From: Lentisphaerota bacterium
GTDB taxonomy: Bacteria; Verrucomicrobiota; Kiritimatiellia; UBA8416; JAQBFJ01
Direction of reading: 5' to 3'
Length of the DNA stretch: 64,000 nucleotides
Assembly: GCA_041306605.1 (NCBI GenBank)
Contig: JBFZFB010000166.1
Location: 1,807-65,806 of the forward strand
Positions 29,145 through 36,767 of this stretch are shown here, one piece after another. Numbering within the stretch: position 1 is the first letter of the stretch; every line of letters begins with the position of its first letter. The position numbers and the translations under genes are program-made. Under the pieces are notes generated by a model. It saw only the letters and a program-made list of their open reading frames with translations, was not told the origin of the DNA and did no database searches.

Positions 29145-31370
29145 ATGAAAAAAAACTGCTCTTATTCAATTATTCTCACGATCCTGACCATGCTTATTAT
29201 CAATTCCTCAACTCTACCCTCTGCCGTCGCCGAAGTGAGCCTTCCTAAAATATTCGGCAGTCACATGGTTCTCCAGCAGGAACAGCCTATCACCATCTGG
29301 GGCTGGGCCAATCCAAATGAAAAAATAACCGTGCAACTGTCATCCCAAACACAAGAAGTGCAGGCAAATGAAAAAGGAGAATGGAAAGCCATCCTGCCGG
29401 CACTGAAAGCTGGCGGCCCTCATACACTCACCGTCAAAGGATCAAACATAATCACATTCGAGGATGTACTTGTAGGCGAAGTATGGCTGTGCTCCGGACA
29501 ATCTAACATGGAAATGGGTATGACTATAATTCAGAACGGTCAGCAGGAAACTGCGGCCGCCAATTACCCCGATATCCGTCTCCTTATGGTGGCCAACCGC
29601 TGGACGCCTGAACCGCAGAAAGATATTGAAGGAACCTGGAAAGCATGCACGCCGGAATCCGCCGCCGAAGGCGGCTGGGGCGGCTTTTCAGCTTGCGCCT
29701 ACTTCTTCGGACGCGAACTGCACAAAACACTGAAAGTGCCGATCGGCCTGATTGACGCCACCTGGGGCGGCACACGCATCGAATCATGGACACCGCCTGA
29801 AGGTTTCGCTGCGGTTCCAACATTTAAAAATGATCTCAACCTCATCCTGATGGGCAACCCCGGCTCTTCTGTTCACAAACAACGCCTCGAACATCTTTTC
29901 CGGCAAACAGAGGAATGGATTTCCGCGACAAAAACCGCCATGAGCAAAGACCTGCTTGAATCTCCAATGCCGGCATACCCGCCTGAACTCGTTTTCCCGC
30001 GCGACCTGCAGAATCCCACCGCGCTCTACAACGGAATGATCCACCCGCTTTGTCCGTTCGTATTGCGCGGCGCCATCTGGTATCAGGGCGAATCGAACAA
30101 CGGCGAAGGCATGCTTTATGCCGAAAGAATGAAAGCTCTCATCGGAGGCTGGCGCAGTATCTGGTCCGCAAAAAATGGCGAATACCCCTTCTACTTCGTC
30201 CAGATCGCGCCGTTCCAGTACGGTATTTACAACATGCCCTCACAGACTGAACAGGAGTTGTGGGAAGCACAGGCGGCCGTGGCAAGGGAAATACCCGGCA
30301 CCGGTATGGCGGTTATAAACGACATCGGCAACATAAAGGACATCCATCCGGTCAACAAACAGGATGTAGGCAAGCGGCTCGCCATGATGGCGCTGGCAAA
30401 AACTTACGGCAAAAAAGACATCGTCTACTCCGGACCGGTTTTCAAGGATATGAAAATCGAAGACAATAAACTCCGTATAAGTTTTGACCACACCGGCAGT
30501 GGACTTGCCAGCCGCGACGGCAAACCGCTCGACTGGTTTGAAATCGCAGACACTGACGACGGATGGTTTGTCAAAGCCGACGCTGTAATAGACGGGGAAA
30601 CAGTTGTTCTTTCAGCCGCCGGTGTCAACAAGCCGGTTGCAATGCGCTTCGCATGGGACGAGACAGCTGTTCCCAACCTGATGAACAAGGACGGGCTCCC
30701 TGCCGGCTCTTTCCGTGCAGGCACAATACCACAGCGCGACTGGATGAGCGCGAATGTGCCGGAAGCAAAAAATTTCACACTTGTCTATGACCTTGATCTC
30801 GCCAAACTAGCACATGATATCAAGTATGATACGGATAATCACACCTCAATCAGCAAGCCGTTCGACCGCATAGCATACAGCCTTGAACTGCAGGGGGGAA
30901 CAGGAAGCATGCAGTGCGTGTATGTCTCAATGGATGCTTTCACGCAGGATCCCGCCAAAATTGGCATTCCGTCCGCTAAATCCGGATCGTTTTTCCAGCA
31001 GAGTATAACCAATATGAACGTTTTCTCGAACGTAAAAGGCATCACCACTGGTATTGGCCTTGCCAGCGGCAATATCGAATTATGGCCGCACAACTATGCC
31101 CAACTCAACACGGCAAATGTGCCTAACGCGTCCGGACAGATATATGACTGCGGCGACCAGCCTGTCGAACCACTGGACGGCTACGGCTCCATGCAGATTC
31201 ACAACAATGAAGCCAAACAGACACTGCTGGCAATCAATCACTGGCCGGCAGGCGTAAACGCCGATATAGGCATTGGGAACAGGGCGTCAGACAACACCGA
31301 CTGGGCATTCGCGGGCAACGCCCAGTCTTTCAAACTCAAACGCCTGCGCGTACTGGTCCACTGCAAGTAA
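29145..31370 (+). CDS. Secreted SGNH/DUF303 esterase (sialate O-acetylesterase-like) with extra C-terminal beta-sandwich-like domain
   Basis: The ORF track gives 29064..31370. Preferred start is ATG 29145 (MKKNCSYSIILTILTMLIINSSTLPSAVA, signal peptide, AGGGA RBS). Signature GEVWLCSGQSNMEMG and later WYQGESN as in 9-O-acetylesterase/DUF303 enzymes. Confidence 0.75.
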   Translation: MKKNCSYSIILTILTMLIINSSTLPSAVAEVSLPKIFGSHMVLQQEQPITIWGWANPNEKITVQLSSQTQEVQANEKGEWKAILPALKAGGPHTLTVKGSNIITFEDVLVGEVWLCSGQSNMEMGMTIIQNGQQETAAANYPDIRLLMVANRWTPEPQKDIEGTWKACTPESAAEGGWGGFSACAYFFGRELHKTLKVPIGLIDATWGGTRIESWTPPEGFAAVPTFKNDLNLILMGNPGSSVHKQRLEHLFRQTEEWISATKTAMSKDLLESPMPAYPPELVFPRDLQNPTALYNGMIHPLCPFVLRGAIWYQGESNNGEGMLYAERMKALIGGWRSIWSAKNGEYPFYFVQIAPFQYGIYNMPSQTEQELWEAQAAVAREIPGTGMAVINDIGNIKDIHPVNKQDVGKRLAMMALAKTYGKKDIVYSGPVFKDMKIEDNKLRISFDHTGSGLASRDGKPLDWFEIADTDDGWFVKADAVIDGETVVLSAAGVNKPVAMRFAWDETAVPNLMNKDGLPAGSFRAGTIPQRDWMSANVPEAKNFTLVYDLDLAKLAHDIKYDTDNHTSISKPFDRIAYSLELQGGTGSMQCVYVSMDAFTQDPAKIGIPSAKSGSFFQQSITNMNVFSNVKGITTGIGLASGNIELWPHNYAQLNTANVPNASGQIYDCGDQPVEPLDGYGSMQIHNNEAKQTLLAINHWPAGVNADIGIGNRASDNTDWAFAGNAQSFKLKRLRVLVHCK

Positions 31371-31373
31371 TAT
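31299..31373. repeat. Direct repeat copy A (~75 bp) = authentic 3' end of esterase gene 29145..31370
   Basis: gactgggcattcgcgggcaacgcccagtctttcaaactcaaacgcctgcgcgtactggtccactgcaagtaat. It is about 77% identical to copy B at 32003-32075, including a 36-bp perfect core ttcaaactcaaacgcctgcgcgtactggtcca(c/t)t. Confidence 0.85.
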
Positions 31374-31444
31374 TCATGAAATCCTTCGCGAATAGCGCGC
31401 CGATCCGCGTTATTACTGATAATTTAAAATTAAAACAAGAAGAC

Positions 31445-31473
31445 TTGACTTGTAGCTACACTATAACTACACT
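31445..31473 (+). promoter_or_regulatory. Putative sigma70-like promoter of brnTA with a 10-bp perfect palindrome operator (TGTAGCTACA) in the spacer
   Basis: TTGACT (31445-50), 17-nt spacer, TACACT (31468-73), then ATG at 31480. TGTAGCTACA at 31451-31460 is a perfect palindrome. RHH/BrnA-type antitoxins typically autorepress at such sites. Confidence 0.45.
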
Positions 31474-31479
31474 GTAATT

Positions 31480-31767
31480 ATGAAATTGCTGAGATTTGAA
31501 TGGGATGAAACAAAGAATCTGGAGAATCATCGCAAGCACGGTGTATCATTCCTTGAAGCTCAAACGGTTTTCTTCGATGAAAATGCCATTGAATTTTACG
31601 ACGATGAGCATTCCGAATGGGAAGACAGATTTTTGCTCCTTGGACTAAGCACCAAGTTAAGAGTGTTACTGGTTTGTTATTGCCTGCGCAAAAAGGGCTC
31701 TGTCATCCGGATCATTTCTGCAAGAAAAGCCACAAAAAAAGAACAGGAACTATACCCCAAGAGGTGA
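31480..31767 (+). CDS. brnT: BrnT-family (DUF497) type II toxin, ribonuclease
   Basis: 95 aa, MKLLRFEWDETKNLENHRKHGVSFLEAQTVFFDENAIEFYDDEHSEWEDRFLLLGLS...IISARKATKKE. The FEWD-x-K-x-x-N-x-x-KHG-V-x-F-x-EA motif is diagnostic of BrnT. Confidence 0.8.
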   Translation: MKLLRFEWDETKNLENHRKHGVSFLEAQTVFFDENAIEFYDDEHSEWEDRFLLLGLSTKLRVLLVCYCLRKKGSVIRIISARKATKKEQELYPKR

Positions 31768-31770
31768 ACT

Positions 31771-31989
31771 ATGAAAAACGAATACAACTTAAGCAGAATG
31801 AAAAGCCGGCCAAATCCATATGCCAAGCGGCTCAAAAAGCAATTAACGATCCGCATGGGCGTGGATATCATCGATTATTTCAAGACCATGGCGGCACAAA
31901 CCGGCATACCCTATCAAAATCTGATCAACCTGTATCTCAGAGAATGCGTCATCACGCGGCGGAAGTTGCAGATAAAGTGGGCGTCATAA
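31771..31989 (+). CDS. brnA: BrnA-family antitoxin (RHH/CopG-like)
   Basis: 72 aa, 3 nt after the brnT stop. Typical BrnA size and composition (KSRPNPYAKRLKKQLTIRMGVDIIDYFKTMAAQTGIPYQNLINLYLRE), and the usual toxin-first brnTA order. Confidence 0.7.
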   Translation: MKNEYNLSRMKSRPNPYAKRLKKQLTIRMGVDIIDYFKTMAAQTGIPYQNLINLYLRECVITRRKLQIKWAS

Positions 31990-32002
31990 GATAAATAATC
32001 AG

Positions 32003-32075
32003 GACTGGACATTCTCCGGCAATGCCGGGTCATTCAAACTCAAACGCCTGCGCGTACTGGTCCATTATAAATAAT
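32003..32075. repeat. Direct repeat copy B (~73 bp) = orphan, in-frame, diverged esterase C-terminus (…DWTFSGNAGSFKLKRLRVLVHYK*)
   Basis: gactggacattctccggcaatgccgggtcattcaaactcaaacgcctgcgcgtactggtccattataaataat. It translates to a variant of the esterase tail DWAFAGNAQSFKLKRLRVLVHCK* (4 substitutions, stop conserved), so it looks like the scar of a lost paralog rather than a target-site duplication. Confidence 0.8.
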
Positions 32076-32130
32076 TTACAAAAGCCGGTTTTTATGCGTA
32101 TTGTATAAATACAGGAAATTAAGGGTTTGA

Positions 32131-33021
32131 ATGAACAATTTTCGATATGACACATCAGGGCACTGGTACAAAGGTAACACTCACATCCACAGCACCGCGT
32201 CAGACGGCGGATGCGACTTTAAAAAGCTCGCCGCCATGTATCATTCTGCCGGCTATGATTTTCTGTTCCGCACCGACCATTGGATAACATCAGACACGAA
32301 AGGCGATACAGAGCCTTATCCCCTGCTCTGGCTGGATGGAATGGAAATGGACGGACAGGACCATTCGGGCTCTTATTTTCACGTGGTATGCCTGGGCCGG
32401 GTAACCGGCGTAAAACGCGAGGACGGATTAGAGGCTGGATTGCAGTCCGCGCGCCGGCAGGGAGCGCTGACCGTTGTTGCCCACCCGCACTGGTGTGGCA
32501 ATTCATTGGAAGACTGCCAGCGATTGCAATTTGACGGCATTGAAGTGTACAACCATGTATGTCAGTGGCTCAACGGCAAGAGCAATGGCTTGGTACACTG
32601 GGACGCCGCCCTCATGTCCAATCCCGATACACTGGCGTTCGCGTCGGATGACGCCCACCTGTGCCCCGAACACCCCGGATGGAACGGAGGCTGGATCATG
32701 GTCAACGCCCCGGAATGCACATATACCGGAATCATGAACAGCATTCACCGCGGTAATTTTTACTCAACCTGCGGCCCTGACATCTATTCACTGTCATTCG
32801 ACGGAACCAATCTGCACGCGACTATGTCACCCGTGCGTTTCGCCCGATTGGTCGGGCCTGGCGCTAACGGCATGAGAACCGGTTCTTTCGATGGAAAACT
32901 GATCGAAACCGTCAGCTTTCCCCTTCCGGACGACTGGAAATATGTCTATCTCGAAATCGAAGACGAACATGGCCGCAGAGCATGGACTAATTCACTGTTC
33001 ACAAAAAATGGTAATCATTAA
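32131..33021 (+). CDS. PHP-domain metal-dependent phosphoesterase/hydrolase (CehA/McbA-like)
   Basis: 296 aa. N-terminal GNTHIHSTASDGGCDF matches the PHP H-x-H...S-D-G motif, with later His/Asp ligands (VVAHPHW, DDAHL). Its stop at 33019-33021 abuts the ATG 33022 of the next gene. Confidence 0.7.
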   Translation: MNNFRYDTSGHWYKGNTHIHSTASDGGCDFKKLAAMYHSAGYDFLFRTDHWITSDTKGDTEPYPLLWLDGMEMDGQDHSGSYFHVVCLGRVTGVKREDGLEAGLQSARRQGALTVVAHPHWCGNSLEDCQRLQFDGIEVYNHVCQWLNGKSNGLVHWDAALMSNPDTLAFASDDAHLCPEHPGWNGGWIMVNAPECTYTGIMNSIHRGNFYSTCGPDIYSLSFDGTNLHATMSPVRFARLVGPGANGMRTGSFDGKLIETVSFPLPDDWKYVYLEIEDEHGRRAWTNSLFTKNGNH

Positions 33022-34119
33022 ATGCAAACATCACGCGATATCATAGACGGTCTTTTCAGGAACAAACCTGTTGAACGCTTGGGATTATACGACTCGCCAT
33101 GGGACGACACCTTTACAAAATGGGTCAAAGAAGAATCATACCCGGCGGATGATAAAGGAAATCCGGTAAACGCAACAGATTTCTTCAATTTCGACATGAG
33201 CGGTTGCGGAGGATGGTTCAACAAGATGCCGATCAAGGACCAAAACGAGATCATTGAAGAATCCGACGAATGGAAGGTAACTCGTAACGGAGCCGGCGCC
33301 GCTTTGAAATACTGGAAACATAAATCCGGCACACCGGAACACATAGACTTCCGCATGACATCCCGCGCTGTCTGGGAAAAAGATTACCGCCACCATCTGC
33401 TCGCCGTTGACAGTTCGCGACTCAACACAGAAAGCACTAGAGAAAACCTGAAAAAACAGCAGGCAAATAATCGCTGGGCATTCTACGGCGACTTGTTCAT
33501 CTGGGAAATGATGCGCTGCAGTCTTGGCGATATATGCATGTACGAATCACTTATTCTCGATCCTGAATGGATTCACGACTACAACCGGGTCTATACCGAT
33601 TTCTTCAAAGCGCACTACAAGATACTTATTGAAGAAGCCGGCAAACCGGACGGAATCTGGCTCTATGAAGATCTCGGCTTCAATAAGGGCCTGTTCTGCT
33701 CACCATCCATTCTCGAGGAACTGATCTTCCCCTACTACAAAGAAATGGTGGATTTCTTCCACAGTTACGACCTGCCCGTTGTTCTGCATTCGTGCGGCGG
33801 CATAAAGGAAGCACTGGGTTTGATTGTCGGAGCCGGATTCGACGCGCTTAACCCCATGGAAGCAAAAGCGGGATGTGACGTCATCTCATTCGCCAAACAA
33901 TACGGCGATAAACTGGCGTTCGTAGGAGAAATGGACGCGAGAATTTTCGAGGCGGGCAATAAAGATCAAATCCGCAAAGAAGTTATACGCCTGTGCACAT
34001 CACTAAAAGATATCGGCGCGCGTTACGTTTTCGGATCCGATCATTCCATATCACCGAATGTGAAACTGGAAAATTTTAAATACGCCATTGATATATACAG
34101 AGAAAACATGATGTATTAA
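33022..34119 (+). CDS. URO-D/MtaA-superfamily protein (paralog 5) with an MtaA-like H-x-C...C putative zinc site
   Basis: 365 aa. N-terminus DIIDGLFRNKPVERLGLY. C-terminal VVLHSCGGIKEALGLIVGAGFDALNPMEAKAGCD carries H-x-C-G plus a downstream Cys, as in corrinoid:CoM-type methyltransferases (MtaA/MtbA). The other four paralogs have Asp/His at these positions. Translationally coupled to the PHP gene. Confidence 0.65.
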   Translation: MQTSRDIIDGLFRNKPVERLGLYDSPWDDTFTKWVKEESYPADDKGNPVNATDFFNFDMSGCGGWFNKMPIKDQNEIIEESDEWKVTRNGAGAALKYWKHKSGTPEHIDFRMTSRAVWEKDYRHHLLAVDSSRLNTESTRENLKKQQANNRWAFYGDLFIWEMMRCSLGDICMYESLILDPEWIHDYNRVYTDFFKAHYKILIEEAGKPDGIWLYEDLGFNKGLFCSPSILEELIFPYYKEMVDFFHSYDLPVVLHSCGGIKEALGLIVGAGFDALNPMEAKAGCDVISFAKQYGDKLAFVGEMDARIFEAGNKDQIRKEVIRLCTSLKDIGARYVFGSDHSISPNVKLENFKYAIDIYRENMMY

Positions 34120-34298
34120 CCGCCGGATTTGGCATAAGAATTAAGCCCTTTGCAGAAAGAATTTGGCAGGACTTGTCCTATCGAACCAGTCATGTCGAAA
34201 GACGTGATAACAGGATTTATCATGTCTTTTCCCCTGAAAACAAACCCGACACTCACTGTTTCCTGATAAAATTATTGTTCAATATCACACGCGCAGAG

Positions 34299-35453
34299 TT
34301 AAGCCCTGCCTTTTCGCGCCAGCACACCTTCCACCTTCGGCATGTACTTGCTCCAGTGATCCATGAACCTGAGCTGTCTTTCCGCTTTTTTCCGCATCTC
34401 TTCCCGGTTGGACTCAAGAGCCACATGAATGTTTCCCAGAAATCCTTTCGCCTCTTCAGGATCGCTGTCTATATAGAGCTGAGCCGCCTGCGTAAACGCC
34501 GTCACCGCTTTCTGCTCAAGATCATCCTGCAGGAAATATCCGAAAAACACGCCAAGATCCTTCCCCTGCACGCCAAGCAGTTTCATCTTCTCACGCAGAT
34601 ATTTAAAACGCCTTACATCCGAACGCATGCGCGCCCAAAACCGCTTACCGCGTTTCGGGGGCAGATGCGTGACCCACATGTTCTGATCAAACACATACGC
34701 GAATCCCTTATAATGCGCCTGTATCACATAATCATCATCCTCGCCGCGCGGCAGGGCAATCTGATCATACGGCACATGCAAAAACAGCTTGCTGTTTATG
34801 GCCATGTTCCCGCCGAAAGCCACATGACAATCCGTGATGGGGCCCTTTCTCTGAAACGCCTGCTTCACAGCCGCGTTGAACAAATCATCTTTGGGCCATG
34901 TTTCGAACGGAACTTTAACCTGACCGTCATAAAATTTACTGCCTTTCGCGTCAATATAGTAACCGCTCTTGCCGTAAATCGTTTTACCCTTGAACTTCTT
35001 GCCCATATCGCCAAGCGCCTTCTTCATATAGCTCGGATCATCAATAATCTCATCGTCATCAACTTGTATGACATTGTCAAACCCGCGCGTAATGGCATAC
35101 ATGAGCGACATATTCCGCAAACGTCCGTACATGTTCATATTGAAAACATCTTCATACGAAGAAGGAAAGCCCGCCTTCATGAGCGCCTTCCAGATTCCTT
35201 TTATGTCCTCACCCGTCAAAACATGAACATCAAGCGGAAACCGCTTCGCGATTTTCTGAAGATGTTTTTCAATAACCGGATTTGTCGGACCGGGAAACAA
35301 AAGAACATGATCCTTAATCCCGCGTTTCACAAAGTTGGCAAGCATGCGAGGAACCTCACCCTCCTGAGAAACGGGTGTCGGATGATCATAAAGTTCCCAA
35401 GCACCGTCTTTTCCTGTCGTCCAACACGTATACACCGCTATACAATTTCGCAT
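34299..35453 (-). CDS. Putative GT-A-fold glycosyltransferase (DxD/DDD motif), family unassigned
   Basis: 384 aa with protein-like composition. VIQVDDDEIIDD and GEDDDY acidic motifs are typical of nucleotide-sugar transferases. The overlapping 449-aa plus-strand ORF is His/Arg/Phe-rich and judged spurious. Confidence 0.45.
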   Translation of the reverse strand: MRNCIAVYTCWTTGKDGAWELYDHPTPVSQEGEVPRMLANFVKRGIKDHVLLFPGPTNPVIEKHLQKIAKRFPLDVHVLTGEDIKGIWKALMKAGFPSSYEDVFNMNMYGRLRNMSLMYAITRGFDNVIQVDDDEIIDDPSYMKKALGDMGKKFKGKTIYGKSGYYIDAKGSKFYDGQVKVPFETWPKDDLFNAAVKQAFQRKGPITDCHVAFGGNMAINSKLFLHVPYDQIALPRGEDDDYVIQAHYKGFAYVFDQNMWVTHLPPKRGKRFWARMRSDVRRFKYLREKMKLLGVQGKDLGVFFGYFLQDDLEQKAVTAFTQAAQLYIDSDPEEAKGFLGNIHVALESNREEMRKKAERQLRFMDHWSKYMPKVEGVLARKGRA

Positions 35454-35555
35454 ATATCCATCTCCTCCCTGTTTTTATGTTGCCGCTTTATATCACATTG
35501 TTTTTTGTTTTTGCATCCATAACTTAATAATTTTTCATCACCCGAAAAACCCGTA

Positions 35556-36290
35556 TTAATTCCCCGGCATAGGCACTTTTTCAGGCTCATTGTCCTTCGG
35601 TGACTCTTTCTTTGAATCCTCCGTGGTGTCTTCCATGGTATTCTCTGATTCTTTCACGGTTTTCACCAGCTCAGCCCAGATATAAGCGCCGATTTCCGGA
35701 TTACCCAACGGCGGACGGTACGCGATGAATATGCAGTCCGTTTCAACCATCATTGCAATATACATGGAATAAAACCGCTTCCGGGTGCTTTTCTCCTCCA
35801 CATCGAGAAAAATAACCTGACAACCATTAACAACAACCCGCTCGCTCTTGAGCACCTGATATCCGGAAATAGACAACACATGTCTGAGCGAATAGCCGTT
35901 GTCTCCGAAAAACTCATTGGTAACCTTGTCGTAACCAACTGATTCGGACTTGTTTCCGTAAATCCATCCGGTGTCCTGCGGCAGTTCCTGTGTAACCTGC
36001 ACCTGATAAATCTTATTGGACGGCATCCAGTATGAAAACGCGGGCATATTTCTCACACCAACATACACATAATTTTCTGGTATGCTTAAAGTTACCGGCA
36101 TCTTAACGCTCAACTGACCGCCCATAAATTCGTTAAGCGATACCTGCTTAAGAGGAATGTCAACTACCTCGCCGCCGGGCAGTTTAACCGAAGAAGTGGA
36201 GCATCCTGCCGAAACAACCACCATAAGCATGATGATAAATATTTTATTCACCTTTTGTTCAACCCCTATCGCCATAAAATAATCAGACAC
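35556..36290 (-). CDS. Hypothetical lipoprotein
   Basis: N-terminal hydrophobic stretch ending in a lipobox-like VVSAGCSTSS. The start codon is uncertain (an internal ATG or GTG a few codons downstream of 36290 is possible). Confidence 0.45.
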   Translation of the reverse strand: MSDYFMAIGVEQKVNKIFIIMLMVVVSAGCSTSSVKLPGGEVVDIPLKQVSLNEFMGGQLSVKMPVTLSIPENYVYVGVRNMPAFSYWMPSNKIYQVQVTQELPQDTGWIYGNKSESVGYDKVTNEFFGDNGYSLRHVLSISGYQVLKSERVVVNGCQVIFLDVEEKSTRKRFYSMYIAMMVETDCIFIAYRPPLGNPEIGAYIWAELVKTVKESENTMEDTTEDSKKESPKDNEPEKVPMPGN

Positions 36291-36727
36291 CCCGTCCCGC
36301 TGTCAAAAGTTGAAATATTGACTGATAACGCCGTGGTGATCAAGCTGATTCGACAAACTTCCCAACGAACACACCCCCCTTCCCCCTTCTTACTTGGATA
36401 TTGGATGTTGGTTGCGGAGGTCCGGACGAAGTCCCGGCATCCGCAAGTTTATTATGGTTGGTGACTGTCATAACTAACCCATTAATTACTGTGTTATTGT
36501 GCAAAGTAAAACCAGGCTATTTAAGTAGTCATGTGTTCTAAACCCTTTTTTATCGAGGGAAACGGCTGTTTTTTCCTACAACCGCTGTGCCAAACTACCA
36601 GCACACTCTGTGTTATTCAGCGCGATTTTTTTAAAAAAGGTCAATTACGCGTCAATCGATTTTCTGTCCAGTTTTCTCCCTCGTCACCCTGAATGAAAAG
36701 TAGAGACCTGTTTTTTATAACAGCGTC

Positions 36728-36767
36728 TAGGAGATTTAGCCTTTCATGCTATCTGACCCCTCTATCT
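36728..36767. repeat. ~40-bp repeated intergenic motif, copy 1 (TAGGAG(A/G)TTTAGCCTTTCATGCTATCT(G/A)ACCC.TCTATCT), overlapping the GH95 stop codon
   Basis: A near-identical copy lies at 39301-39340, 36/40 identical. On the minus strand it reads AGATAG-N8-AGATAGCATGAAAGGCTAAA(T/C)CTCCTA, i.e. two AGATAG half-sites. Confidence 0.7.

Noticed and set aside
31299-32075. Interpreting the 75-bp direct repeats around brnTA as a transposon target-site duplication
   Set aside because: The repeats are far longer than TSDs, only ~77% identical, and each encodes an in-frame esterase C-terminus with its own stop. This points to paralog remnants or homologous recombination, not transposition. No transposase or inverted repeats are present.
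34173-35522. 449-aa plus-strand ORF overlapping the GT-A-like gene
   Set aside because: Composition is dominated by His/Arg/Phe/Leu runs (…HVLAPVIHEPELSFRFFPHLFPVGLKSHMNV…) with no motifs. It is the antisense shadow of the minus-strand gene, which has a DxD motif and normal composition.
36291-36727. Possible ncRNA or terminator hairpin in the 470-bp gap between the lipoprotein gene and GH95 (GCGGAGGTCCGG…TCCCGGCATCCGC)
   Set aside because: The inverted repeat is imperfect (several mismatches) with no adjacent T-tract and no other recognisable RNA motif. Left unannotated.
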